Below are positions 12,191 to 23,830 of a stretch of DNA of 64,000 bases, piece after piece (positions within the stretch are counted from its first letter, which is position 1; every line of letters begins with the position of its first letter). This DNA comes from Felis catus (taxonomy: Eukaryota). The stretch spans positions 21,888,001-21,952,000 of the forward strand of contig NC_058383.1 of assembly GCF_018350175.1 (NCBI RefSeq), in the 5' to 3' direction. Under the pieces are notes generated by a model. That model saw nothing but the letters and a program-made list of their open reading frames with translations. It had not been told where the DNA came from and searched no databases. Both the position numbers and the translations under genes were made by a program.

Positions 12191-12334
12191 TGTTGCCCAG
12201 TAGGCTTGGCTATATTCACCGAATGGCTGAGTGAAACAGAGGGCGTCCAGCCCACCTCTAGAGCCTAGGCTCTGTCCTTATTGTTGAGCCTGTTTCTCTG
12301 TTATTAGCAGCCAAAAAAAAAAAGCATCCTAACT

Positions 12335-12810
12335 GCTGGAGCTACTGGTAGGACATAGATCTGGAGCTCACCTGTATCATTATATAGAGACAGCCCGCTT
12401 TTAGAGGAAGCCAACACAGGGTGGCTCAGTCGGTTAAGCGTCTGAGTCTTAGTTTCGGCTTGAGTCACAAGCTCATGGTTTGTGGATTTGAGCCCCGCAC
12501 CGGGCTCTGTGCTGATGGTACAGAGCCTGCATGGGATTCTCTGTCTCCCTCTATCTCTGCCCCTTTTGCTCTCTTTCTCTCTCACACACAAATAAACATA
12601 AAAAAAAAAAAAAGTCAACATAGAAAAACTGAGCCCTGAGGTTTAGAAAGACCAGTCCCCAAAGTTATGTTTGAACTCCTGCTCCAGCAGCGCTGGCATA
12701 TTCAGTGACGTGAGCCTGTGAACCGCCCCTCCCCCCCACCCTTGCCCTGTATTTTTAAGCCAATTTGAAGTGCGGTTCTGCCATTTGCAATCAGAGCCCT
12801 GCCTCTTACA
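12335..12810 (+). mobile_element. Old MaLR LTR fragment (MLT1H-K-like)
   Basis: gaggaagccaacaca..tttaagccaatttga..tctgccatttgcaa. Confidence 0.55.
12419..12612 (+). mobile_element. Can-SINE
   Basis: TSD aag(c/t)caaca. Confidence 0.9.
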
Positions 12811-12975
12811 AAGTTGCACCAGAAGGCGTGGCGGTGACTTTGCTCCTGCTGTAGAATGGGAAGGGCAGCAAAAACTGGAAACCGAGCAGACTCTGATGGA
12901 AGCCCTCTGACTCGACTTTGTTACTTGTTTAACAAATGCACTTGTAGAAAGATCGTTTTAAGATGGGCCTGTTGC

Positions 12976-13104
12976 CTCTGGGCTGATGGCTCGGAGCCTG
13001 GAGCCTGTTTCCGATGCTGTGTCTCCCTCTCTCTCTGCCCCTCCCCCGTTCATGCTCTGTCTCTCTCTATCCCAAAAATAAATAAACGTTGAAAAAAAAA
13101 AAAA
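12976..13104 (+). mobile_element. 5'-truncated young SINEC_Fc-type SINE
   Basis: Perfect 16-bp TSD aagatgggcctgttgc at 12960 and 13105. Confidence 0.95.
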
Positions 13105-13487
13105 AAGATGGGCCTGTTGCAACCAACCAGGGTTGGGTTGGAGCCAGGTGCTGTCACGTGAGAGTCCAGTGGACTCAGGAGTAGACGGGGTGGTGGTGGC
13201 GGCACAGCTGACACAGCAGACACCCGTGTGCCCTTGGCACTCACCGTCCCATTTGCGACTTCCCCCTCCAGCGGGCAGCTGCATCTCAGCCTGAGGGCTT
13301 CCTCCTGGACCAGGAGTGTTGGGGAGTTAATGCTCTGGGGCAGCCGTTGGCTTGCTCTCCGGATGAGATAATCCTGAGAGTGTTTGACACGATCTCCCTC
13401 GTGTCCTCAGTGGGGTCAGGGCCCCATCTGCCTACAACGATAACCATGCCCCATTTGCTTCTTTCCTTCTCTCTGTTCTTGCTTCCC

Positions 13488-14127
13488 GTTATGGATCAAA
13501 CTGTCCCCTCCTGCGACCCAAATTTCTATGTTGAAGCCCTACCCCCTAGGACCTCAGAATGTGACTGTTTGGGGACAGAGGGCCTTTAAAGAGGCGATTA
13601 AGTTAACATGAGGCCATTTGGGTGGGTGGGCCCTCATACAATCTGGCTGGTGTCCTTAAAGAAGAGGGGATTAGGGGCGCCTGGGTGGCTCAGTCGGTTG
13701 AGCGTCTGACTTCGGCTCAGGTCACGATCTCACGGTCCGTGAGTTCGAGCCCTGCATCGGGCTCTGGGCTGATGGCTCAGAGCCTGGAGCCTGCTTCCGA
13801 TTCTGTGTCTCCCTCTCTCTCTGCCCCTCCCCCGTTCATGCTCTGTCTCTCTCTGTCTCAAAAAAAAAAAAAAAAAGTTAAAAAAAAAAAAAAGAAGAGG
13901 GGATTAGGACACACAGACACCAGAGGCGTGCACAGAGAAAAGACCTTGTGAGGACACAGACAAACAGTAGCCATTTGCAAACCAAGTAGAGAGATCTTAG
14001 AAAAACCGACACTGCTGGCCCCTTGATTTTAGACTTCCAGCCCCTAAAACTGTGAAAAAATAAATGTCTGCTGTGTAAGCCCACCTGGTGTGTGCTATTT
14101 TGTGCCTGCAGCCGGAGCTGACTAATA
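13488..14127 (+). mobile_element. MLT1A/B MaLR LTR
   Basis: tatgttgaagccct..cctcagaatgtgactg..ttgattttagacttccagcc..gactaata. Confidence 0.85.
13674..13890 (+). mobile_element. Young SINEC_Fc-type SINE
   Basis: Perfect 16-bp TSD aaagaagaggggatta at 13658 and 13891. Confidence 0.95.
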
Positions 14128-14294
14128 CCCTTCCCCGGTCTTCTCCCGGTGCCCCCTGAGATCACTTCCCAAATAAACTCTTTGCACTCAGATCCCACCT
14201 CTCAGACCAACAGTGGGAACGGGGTAGGGAACGGGGTACACGGAGCTCTACAGGTCAAGCCACAATGCCCAGAAGTCAGGCAGGAGGCGCCTCA

Positions 14295-14490
14295 AAGTGT
14301 GGGTTTCGGAGTCAGGCAGAACTGAACTCAAGTCCTGGCTCCACCGTCTCTTGGACGAGTTGCTTTACCATTTTTTAAGCCTTAGATTTTTCTTCTGTAA
14401 AACGACAGTACAGTAGAACCTGCCTCATGGGAGCGCTGTCAGAACGGACTAAGAATGCATGTGAAATGCTTAGCGCTCTGCTCGCGGGGC
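14295..14490 (+). mobile_element. MIR
   Basis: ggagtcaggcaga..tcctggctccac..tctgtaaaa..atgtgaaatgcttagc. Confidence 0.7.
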
Positions 14491-15354
14491 GGGCCATACT
14501 TCACACACGGTGGCTGATCCCAGTGGCAACAAAGTGCTGCAAACCTAAATCCCTCCAACCCTGTATAACCAAAGGGGCAGCCCGAGCTCCTGGTGGGTTG
14601 CAAGTGAGGCCCCGGATGAGGCTCCATGGAGCCAGTAAGGGGACAGAAACCCGCGGCATCCCTGTCTTTGCTGAGCTTCTAGTCCAGGTGGGAAGCCCAG
14701 CATCCTGAAATGAGCTGTTTCCATAGCAGCGTTTCTAGTGTCCTAGCGAGAAGAGGATTTGAATGGGGAGCAGAGGACCTCCGTTCTGGAACTGACTCAT
14801 TTAGTCTCTAAGTTCCTGTGGGCAGGGATCGTGCATTTTGCTTTACATTGCCAGACTCGAGTGTAGGGCCCAAGGCAGGTGGATAAATACAAGAAGGTTC
14901 AGGAGCCAGACAGGATGGGGTTAAAACCCCACCCCGTCACTTATAAATGAGTGGACTTCACCACGGGGTGTAACTTCCCTGTGTGTTAGGACAATTCAGC
15001 ATTTCGTGAACTCTCCAGAAAGGTTGCCACATAAAGCCGCGTGCTGGGGTTCGGCCTTAGCTTTGCCACATTTGAGCGGCTGCAACCAGCCGTCTGTTCA
15101 GTTTTCCTCTTGACCACTAGAGGTCAGGCTAACCCCAAAGTTCAAAGCCCTTTAACTGCATCCAGGAGCGAAAGCAGATCCTTGCTAAGAAACTGTGTGT
15201 GGATGCCTTCCAAGATGTGTCTCTCCCTGTCAACCAGCACCCGGATTTTATCACTCAGCTGAGAGGATGGGCAGTCCCATCGGGGGCAAATGCATTGAGT
15301 TACTTCCCAGAAGTCTTCAGGGAAAGAAAGGGGACAAAAGATAGAGAAAACTAG

Positions 15355-15580
15355 AAGTAATAAAAACAGCTTCTGAATGTTAACTATGTGTTGAGAACTT
15401 TTAAAGGAGATTTATGCATATTAACTGATACAGTGCTTATAAAGCTCTATGGGAGGGGGTATCATTAGTTTCTTTTTTACAGGTGAGAAGCTGGCATAGG
15501 GACATAAGTGACTGGGATTTGCCTGGGTGGAGCCTCGACTGCCACTAACCAGCTGACTTATTTCAGGCCTGGGATTTGTA
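15355..15580 (-). mobile_element. MIR
   Basis: ttttacaggtgagaa core. Confidence 0.55.
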
Positions 15581-16168
15581 AACCAATAAAGGCTGAGCTC
15601 TTCTCAGGTGCTGAGCCTTTCAGTCTTTGGGCTGCGTCCTCCCGGTGTGCTGGACCAGGGCCGGCGCCTGATCTCTGTCTCTTCCCTTTCTGTCTGGGGC
15701 TTTTTTGGGGGGAGGGGGGTCACACAGACAGAGGTTCAAATCCTGGTACTGCCACTTGCCAGCCACGTGGCCTGGGCAAGTCCGCACCTTGCTGAGCCTC
15801 AGTTTCCCCCACTGAAAGACGTAGAACCTTGTCACAGGTCACTCTCTCCAATCTCTCTGATTCTTGTTTCTTCTGCAGCGTGAGTTTCTGGAGAGAACAG
15901 TCCTTGTTTAGTACATTCCTTCTGATGCATAGGACAGGGCCTGGCACCTAGTAGGTGCTCAGAACTATTTCTGGATGGTTGCCTGACCCTCCCCGCTGAA
16001 TGTCCCTTGAAGTGTCAGTGTCTCCCCTTCTGTATTCTCACGGAGAGTGCATGACTTCAATCATTTCCTAATGACTGTTAAGTCATTCATTCATTCATTC
16101 ATTCCAAAACACTGTTGAGCTTCTATTCTGATAAGTTCTGGGTCCATAAAAAGACATAAGATACCTCC

Positions 16169-16395
16169 TTTTTTTATCATTATTAAATGTTTTTTAAATG
16201 TTTATTTATCTTTGAGAGAGAGAGACAGAGTGTGAGCTGGGGGAGGGGCAGAGAGAGAGGGAAACAATTGGAAGCAGGCTCCAGGCTCTGAACTCTCAGC
16301 ACAGAGCCCAACGTGGGGCTCTAACTCATGAACCATGAGATCATGACCTGAGCCGAAGCTGGACACTTAACTGACTGAGCCACCCAGGCGGCCCC
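16169..16395 (-). mobile_element. Can-SINE
   Basis: Reverse-complement body and head. Confidence 0.9.
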
Positions 16396-16397
16396 TC

Positions 16398-16592
16398 CTT
16401 TTCTTTTTTTTTTTAATGTTTATTTATTTTTGAGAGAGAAAGCCTGAGCAGAGGAGGGGCAGAGAGAGAGAATCCCAAGCAGGTTCTCAGCTGTCAGTGC
16501 AGAGCCCGATGCGGGGCTCAAACCCACGAACCGCAGGATCATGACCTGCGCTTAAGTCAGGCGCTTAACCAGCTGACTCACCCAGGCACCCC
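16398..16592 (-). mobile_element. Can-SINE
   Basis: Reverse-complement body and head. Confidence 0.9.
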
Positions 16593-17334
16593 AAGATGCC
16601 TGCTCTTAAGAGCTTCAAGCCAGGATGAGACCTGCTGGCAACGATGAGTTAGAGCTCAGTGGTCTCCTCCCCTGCTGCCTCTACTGTCTGTGGACGTTTC
16701 CTGTGTACTTGACCCTTGTCCCCTTAGAAGCAGAACCCACTGCGGCCTCTTCTGCCAAGGGAAGAGTACCACTTGGGCTAGGCAGTCTCATTAGCTGCCT
16801 TAGAAGTGCAAGACCTGGGAGCCTCTCTGAGGCTGCCCTGGAGAGACGGCCATGCACAGGCTGCCTCGAGTCCGGGCTCCTATTTGAATGGAGAGGCAAG
16901 AAGGACCCAGGCCTCCCTGGTCCAGGCAACCTGCTAATGCTCCTAAAATTGATTGCTCAAAAAGCCACCCACACTCCGACGTTTCGTACGCAACCTTAGA
17001 TCCTAAATGCCCACGGAAGCATTCTAACCCAGTCCCACCTGTTTGTTTTAAGGCCTGCAGGTTTCGGCGAATTAGGGGGAGTCTGGGGACTGAAGGGAGA
17101 AAGTCTCCTTATGAGGAGGTGTATCACAGGCCCCGGAGGAGATTGCCCCAGGGGACCCCTATCACCAGGAACCCAGAGCCCCAGCATTCTTTGAGAGCGG
17201 TGTGCATGTTCTGGCTCACTGAAAGCTGGGCAGCTTGACGTCACGAGGCAGATGAGATGGACCTTGAGGACTGAGGGGCACAAACGGGCATTGCTCTGGT
17301 GATCATCAATCAGCATGGCTTCTACTGCTCTCCT

Positions 17335-17545
17335 TACTAGACCAGGTACGTGGCCTTCCCGCCGTGATGCTGGGCAGGGCTCACTCACGGCTAACCGCTC
17401 GCACTGTTCGAAGTTCCGTGCATAAATGGGCCCCCACAGCAGCCTGGTGAGGCGGGTGCTGTTGTCAGCCCCATTTTACAGAAGGAGAAACTGACTTGCA
17501 CAAATCTGAGCCGTTGGGAGAAGGTCACCAACTCTCCCCTCTAGG
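17335..17545 (-). mobile_element. MIR
   Basis: cccattttacagaaggagaaactga core. Confidence 0.65.
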
Positions 17546-17962
17546 ATGTGGTAAAGAAGGAGGCTGTGGTGGCTTTCTTTAGTCTGGAGTAGGACTTCTT
17601 CTTCGCCCTTTGATCTTACAAACTCAGGCAACTGCTGCCATTGTTCTCTGGATTTACGCTGACAACGGTCTCCCTGAGGCAACGGGTCGGTGACGTGACT
17701 CGCTTTACGTTGCTTGGGGGACTGGGTGGGGAACTGCCTCAGGGTGACAAGGAACTGAAGCCACCACATCAGTCTCTGTGCCTCCTGCTCCTTCCCACAG
17801 TCTACTTCCTGTCTTCCTGTCAGCCTCAAGTCTTGGGGATGTGGCTTAAGACTGCAGCCAGCCCAGAGCTGCCCTTCTGCCCTCTCCCTCCATGGCTAAT
17901 CGAAATGTAGCGTGAGCCATACATGGCCTTTTAAACTTTCTTTTTTTAAAGATTTTATTTTT

Positions 17963-17979
17963 TTTAATGTCTATTTCTT

Positions 17980-18020
<41 letters not shown>

Positions 18021-18183
18021 CAGAGCGCGTAGTGGGGGAGGGGCAGAGAGAGAGGGAGACACCGAATCCGAAGCAGGCTCCAGGCTCCGACCTGTCAGCA
18101 CAGAGCCCGACACGGGGCTCGAACTCACAAACTGCGAGATCATGACCTGAGCCCAAGTCCGAAACTCAAGCTACTGAGCCACC
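17963..18183 (-). mobile_element. Can-SINE in the tail of a short SINE
   Basis: TSD aaagattttattttt. Confidence 0.9.
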
Positions 18184-18289
18184 AAAGATTTTATTTTTAA
18201 GTAATCACCACACCCAACATGGGGCTCGAATTCACAACCCTGAGATCAAGAGTCACGTGCTCTTTTCAACTGAGCCAGTCAGGTGCCCC
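18184..18289 (-). mobile_element. Short Can-SINE
   Basis: TSD taaactttct at about 17932 and 18290. Confidence 0.85.
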
Positions 18290-18326
18290 TAAACTTTCTA
18301 GTGACCACCTTAAAAAGGTAAAAAGA

Positions 18327-18760
18327 GGGGTGCCTTGGTGGCTCAGTTGGTTGAGCCTCTGCCTCTTGATTTCAGCTCAGCTCAGGTCAGGATCCCAGGG
18401 TGGTGGGATTGAGCCCTGTGTCGGGCTCCATGCTGAGCATGGAGACTGCTCAAGATTCTCTCTCTCTCTCTTTCTCTCTCTCCCTCCCTCTGCCCCTCTC
18501 CCCGGCTTGCCCTCTCTCCTTGTTTTTTTGATCCTTCATTGTTTTTATTTAAATCATTTTTCAAGATGATGAATTGAACCTGATCATTTTTTTTTCTGAT
18601 TGCTTGAAAGATACATTTATTATTATTTTTAATATAATTTATTGTCAAATTGGCTAACATACAGTGTGTAAAGTGTGCTCTTGGTTTTTGGGGTAGATTC
18701 CCATGGTTCATAGCAGTGCTCATCCCAATACACGCTCTCTCTCTCTCTTAAAAAATAAAA
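18327..18760 (+). mobile_element. Can-SINE interrupted by an L1 stub
   Basis: Head and CT region to 18520; tail resumes at about 18731; TSD gtaaaaaga. Confidence 0.85.
18616..18730 (-). mobile_element. Carnivore L1 extreme 3' stub
   Basis: tttattgtcaaattggctaacatacagtg..gtgctcatcccaa. Confidence 0.8.
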
Positions 18761-18782
18761 GTAAAAAGACACAAGTGAAATT

Positions 18783-18993
18783 ATTATTTTTATTTTTTAA
18801 ACAAATTTTTGAGAGAGACAGAGCGTGAGTGGTGGAGGGGCAGAGATAGAGGGAGACACAGAATCTGAAACAGGCTCCAGGCTCTGAGCTGTCAGCACAG
18901 AGCCTGAAGCGGGTCTTGAACCCACAAACCTGAGATCATGACCTGAGCCAAAGTCAGATGCTTAACCTAACCGACTCAGGACCCAGGCGCCCC
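18783..18993 (-). mobile_element. Can-SINE
   Basis: TSD cacaagtgaaat. Confidence 0.95.
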
Positions 18994-19519
18994 ACAAGTG
19001 AAATAATTTTAATAATGTTTTATTTAAGCCAGCATGTCTAAACTATCATTGCTTCAATGCGTTATCAGAAGAGAAATTCATTACATTCTTTTTTCCATGA
19101 TAAATCTTTCTGAAAATACTGGTGCATACTTTATACTTACAATCACATCTTAATTTAGACTAACAATATTTCAAGTGCTCAATAGCCACACATGCCTAGC
19201 AGCTACTTATTGAATATAGCAGCTCTCCAGCTCTGGAATCTCTTGTCTGGAGGGACCACACTAGGAATCTAGGGTTGCTAGGGTTGCTGATGTTGGCAGG
19301 TGGTTAAGTCCCAGGGCTGTGTTTATCTCCAACTTAATCTCTCCTGGAGAAATGAACTTTGGTCTCCTTTAGTGAAGAATCTGCCCTTGGTTTGCCGGGT
19401 TGTGAGATGTTTTCTGGAAGGCAAATGCTAAGCCATGACCCAAATTAGCTTAACACATGGAGAGCGGGACAATATTTATTTATTCAACAACTACTTAATT
19501 GAAAACTTCATTGGTTCAA

Positions 19520-20220
19520 GACCCCATTCAAGTGCTAGCCAAGGTCCTGGGGAAATGGGAGTAGATTGTCTGTGCAGAGGACATAGGAGGTCTGCAGAGC
19601 TCCCTTCAAATCTTCAGCTGAGTGCTGATGAGTTCATGCAAGAGAGGATACTACTGGAGGCCAGGGAAAGACCACCTGGAAGAATCAGGTGGAGCTTACA
19701 GAGGGCCGGGAATTATTTGTGTCCTCATCAGCCAGAAAGGGGAGAACACCCAACAAGTGGGATATTGAGCAGAATCCTGAGAAAGATATTATCTCAGTCA
19801 GTAGTCACCAAATGAGCCCTAGACTTAAGGCTGTTCTGGACCTGCTCAACAATCTTAAAAGCAGGCCTCGAAAGATTCAAATTCTTTCCAGTAATGTAAC
19901 TACATCATCCTAAAACAAAACCCCAAAATACTGAAAAGGAAAACCAAAAATTTCAGTGCTCAGCAATGTGAAATTCACAATGCCTGGCATCCAGTAAAAA
20001 ATTACCAGGCATGCAAAGCAGGAAAATACGAGCTATAACGAGGAGAGAAATCAATCAATAGAAACAGATCCAGAAATGTCACAGATGATAGAATTAGTAG
20101 ACAAGGACATTAAAGCAACCATTAGAAATACACTCCATATGCTCAGGAAGGGACAGGGAAGCATGAGCGTGTTAACAGGAGGTGTGGGAGATATGAAACA
20201 GACCCAAATCAAACTTCAAG
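19520..20220 (+). mobile_element. Old L1 5' region and ORF1 start
   Basis: ORF 20076 MSQMIELVDKDIKATIRNTLHMLRK resembles the L1M ORF1 N-terminus; aaaattaccaggcatgcaaag motif. Confidence 0.7.
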
Positions 20221-20324
20221 ATCCGATCATCGCAAGGAAACCCAAGCAAGTCTTGGCTCTAATGCTTGCTGTGTAACCACGGGCAAGTTAATACATCTGT
20301 CTGAGCCAGATTTCCTCATTTGAT

Positions 20325-20560
20325 GCATAGCAGTTAATGTATATTGAGCATTTGTTCTGTATCAGGCGCTGTTAGAGCTTTCCACAACAAAACTATGTGG
20401 GTACTGTTATCACTGTCTCCGTTTTGTAGATGAGGATAACGGAAGGTTGAGGAACAGGAAACTTACATAACTTGCTGAAGCCTACATAGCACAGAGAGCT
20501 GGCGGATCCAGGATTCAAACCAGAGCCCAAGCTCTTATGCGTCCATATGTTTCTGCCTCT
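20325..20560 (-). mobile_element. MIR
   Basis: gttttgtagatgagga core. Confidence 0.6.
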
Positions 20561-20609
20561 CTCAGTGCTGTAAGCTTGGAGAAATGATTGTGTTTGCTGA
20601 ATAGGCTTA

Positions 20610-20745
20610 AAAAATTTTTTTTTTAATTTCTTTTTTTTTTTTTAAGATCTTATTTAAGTAATCTCTACCCCCAATGTGGGGCTCGAACTCACAACCCCAA
20701 GATCAAGAGAGGCCCATGCTACCGACTGAGCCAGTCGGGTGCCCC
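20610..20745 (-). mobile_element. Short Can-SINE
   Basis: aagtaatctctacccccaatgtggggctcgaactc. Confidence 0.85.
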
Positions 20746-20751
20746 TAAGAT

Positions 20752-20975
20752 TTCAGTTTTATTGGGGTATAACTGACAAATAAAATTGTAAAAGTATACA
20801 TGATGATCTGATATGTATACATTGCGAAAGAATTCCCCCCATCGAGTTAATTAACTCCTCCATCACCTCACATATTTGTGGCTTGGGGAGCAGTGGTGAG
20901 GACATTTAAGATCTGCTCTCTTCGCAAATTTCCACTAGAGAATACAAGGTTATCAACCATAGTCACCGCGTGATG
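20752..20975 (-). mobile_element. L1MA-like 3' end
   Basis: ccatcacctcacata..gtggtgaggacatttaagatct. Confidence 0.75.
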
Positions 20976-21414
20976 GCCAAACCAGATAATCCACGTGAAT
21001 GCATTCCCTTAGTACAGAGTGTTCAAAGCAAAAACAATAAATGAAAACTTCAGGTGGGTTCAGAATGGCTGGTGTAGGGAGAGGTAAGCCTGGAATGAGC
21101 ATTAACACTCATACTTACCGACAGTGGAGCAGAAGGTTCAGGAGGCCACAGCCTACTCTGGGCTGTCTGAAGGAACTTGGCTTCCCTCCTGTCCCTTGGA
21201 TATCTTCCCACCCCTCCGGCTCTTTCCCTGGAGAGGAGAAAGTGAATGAAGAGGTGCGGCTTCCTTCTCCTCCATTTTACCCGGAATGTGCCCGTTATGG
21301 TCAGAGAAACTGAACAAAGAGAAGTTGACCGAAGGCTCTTCATGTTCTTTGCTCTTTTTTGAGTCACCATAACAGCATGTTTTTTGTTTTGTTTAAGGAT
21401 ATTGTCAAATCTCA

Positions 21415-21635
21415 GGGGCACCTGGGTGGCTCAGTCAGTTAAGCGTCTGACTCTTGATTTTGGCTCAGGTCATGATCTCACAGTTGGTGAGATAGGACCC
21501 CGTGTTGGGCTCTGCACTGACAGTGCGGAGCCTGCTTGGGATTCTCTCTCTCCCTCTCTCTCTGCCCCTCTCTTGCTCATGCTCTCTCTCTCTCTCTCAA
21601 AATAAATAAATGAACAACAAAAAAAATTAAAAAAA
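21415..21635 (+). mobile_element. Can-SINE
   Basis: TSD atattgtca(a/g)atctca. Confidence 0.95.
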
Positions 21636-22609
21636 TATTGTCAGATCTCAAAAGAAGTACACACAGGCATATTGAGTAAATGATCCAGTGTACGTGGGGT
21701 TCTAAAGTATCCCTTGTTGCATTCTGAAAGATTTACCTGGTTCTAGAACTTTAGTTTGAGCTCTGGTCAGATATGCTACTTCCTGATCAGTCCCTGGAAC
21801 CAAGTATTAGAAAAAAGCCAATCTCCAGCTCACTAAGGCAGTAGACACCAATTAATGGGTTGGAATTATCTCCTTTTATGCACCTGCTTGTCTGAGTAGC
21901 TATTTTTTTCAAAATTCAGTTAGTATCAATATTACATTTATTTCTTAAAAGTTCCTTTTTATTGTTTCTTATTACCAACATAATATGTTCCCTGTAGAAC
22001 ATTTAGAAAATGTAAGGAAATGAAAAGATGGAACCACATTGCCAGTAATCCAGCACCCCTTAAGTTTTGATGTCCATTTTCCCTGCATTGAAAAAATGTC
22101 TTTCTGAAGAAAATGAGGTCACACTCTTTAAAATTGATGTACCATGGATGTCTTCTTCAGCTTGCTTTTTCTTCTGTAACATACATTTTTGTGTGGTTCC
22201 ATAATAAATATACAGTTACATTTAATGCAAATTTGAATTACACAGCTTGAAATAGTGGGATATAAAATATTAATTAAACCTTGCTTTATGGGCAAAATCA
22301 GAAATAATGTGAGTCCTGCTTTGCATTTCTTTGTTGTAGGAAATTTAATCTTGCGTAATGTGAGTTTTGCATTCCGTGAGATCTTCAGCAATGCAATCCC
22401 TTGCATAAAATATGACCGTCCTCTGCTGCTATTTGTCTAGCCCAGCCCCCTATTGATGGTCACTTATTACCGCATGAGCTTCTTTGAAGATAAACCTTTG
22501 CACACATCCGTACTGATCTCTTGAGGAAAAATTCTTCGACGTGGAATTGCTCGCTCAGGGTTTTTGATGCACATTATCAAAATCCTGTCCTGAAAGGTGG
22601 TATCCACAT

Positions 22610-22825
22610 TCGACCAACGTTTACATAGTGCTCCTTACGACGTGCCAGGCGCTATTCTGAGAACTGTGAATCCTCATCATGATGATAGGCAGTAGGTGCT
22701 ATTTTTACCAGCCCCACTTCACAGATGACGCAGCTGGGTCACATGCAGGTGCCCAGGTCACCGTGCTAGTAAGGGGTAGAGCTGGCTTCTGAGTCCTAGC
22801 TCCTGACCACTGTGCTATGCTGCTT
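22610..22825 (-). mobile_element. MIR
   Basis: gtgccaggcgct..cacagatga..ctcctgaccactgtgcta. Confidence 0.65.
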
Positions 22826-23445
22826 CTCCAAACACTCTGAGCCGCAGACGGCGAGGTGGTCATTTCTCTATGTGCTTTTCCACAACAGGTATATCTATCT
22901 GCTCAGAGGGATTATGATTATACTTACTGTTTAGACTGGGGAAATCGAGTCAGCAAAAGGTGGTTTCTGAGCAGTGCAACTATGTGAGAGACACAAAAGA
23001 AGTTCTAGTCCTTGCTCACCAGTGAATTGTTGGCTTGTTTCTTTTCTAAGAAACCCCATCACAGTAATATTTTGGAAGCTTTCCCCAGGCAGCAGAGACC
23101 TCTTGTCTTTGGTCTTCACGTAACCAACGTTCCTGGGGTCCACCTGTTGTCCCCAAGGCTCTGTTCACAGCACCAGGATTTTAGGAAATGCTCCTAAGCC
23201 CTGCGGGCCTCTTCCTCCGCCCGCCTGCTGCAGATGCTGGCTCCAAGCTCTAAGGACTCTGCAGCCTGCCACCGTTCCTGCCCGATGCTTGCTTTATTCA
23301 CACACTGCGGTGCTCTTGCTGAGAAACTAACAAAGAGGCATAAAACTCTGGCTGTCAACCTGAGGGCGATAGCTAAGTTTATTTACTCGCCCTGAGCTCA
23401 CCTGTGGGTTTGACTAATTCTTTTCCAAGACCTCCAGACCCTTGT

Positions 23446-23830
23446 CTTAGGGTACACACGCTAAGCTGCTGTAACAAAAATATCCAACAAAACATGGCTT
23501 AAAGACTGGTTTAGTCTCTCTCATTGTGAACAGCTCTGAGGTGAGCAGTTCTGATCCCTGGGGCGACTCTAATCTGCACAGCCTTTCAGGGACCCAGGTT
23601 CCTTCCATCCTGTTGCCTTGCCATGCTAGGGCACTAACCTTGTAGGCACGGTCAGCGGTGCCAGTTGGGGAAGGGGAAGGACACGGAGGAGCTACACCCA
23701 CTGCTGAAGGCCTAGGCACACATTACTTCCACCTGTATTCCATTGGCGGGAACCGACTCACGTGATAGCATCTAACTGCACGGGATGCTGGGAAATGTAG
23801 TTCAGCCACACACCCAGAAAGAAAGGGAGA
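23446..23830 (-). mobile_element. MLT1 (I/J-like) LTR
   Basis: ctaagctgctgtaacaaa..ggcttaaa..gggatgctgggaaatgtagt. Confidence 0.7.

Larger units (their letters stand above)
6925..12290 (-). mobile_element. Decayed class III ERV-L-like provirus (possibly ERV3-16A3/HERV16-like), 5' part missing
   Basis: Colinear RT, RNase H, IN and dUTPase remnants on the minus strand followed by an LTR; interrupted by L1 and SINEs. Confidence 0.85.
13190..14208 (+). mobile_element. ERVL LTR16-like solo LTR interrupted by MLT1
   Basis: 3' end gatcacttcccaaataaactctttgcactcagatccc. Confidence 0.55.
17895..19225 (+). mobile_element. MER33 (hAT-Charlie) split by multiple insertions
   Basis: Rejoined pieces read gagccata..taaactttctagt..aaagacacaagtgaaataattttaataat..tttcaagtgctcaatagccac. 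Confidence 0.75.

Noticed and set aside
6925..14208. The two LTR16-like pieces as paired LTRs of one provirus
   Set aside because: They appear to be in opposite orientations
15465..15890. AG-GT recursive-splice-like motifs (tttacaggtgag; ctgcagcgtgagt)
   Set aside because: The first is a one-base variant of the MIR core; the second has no supporting gene context
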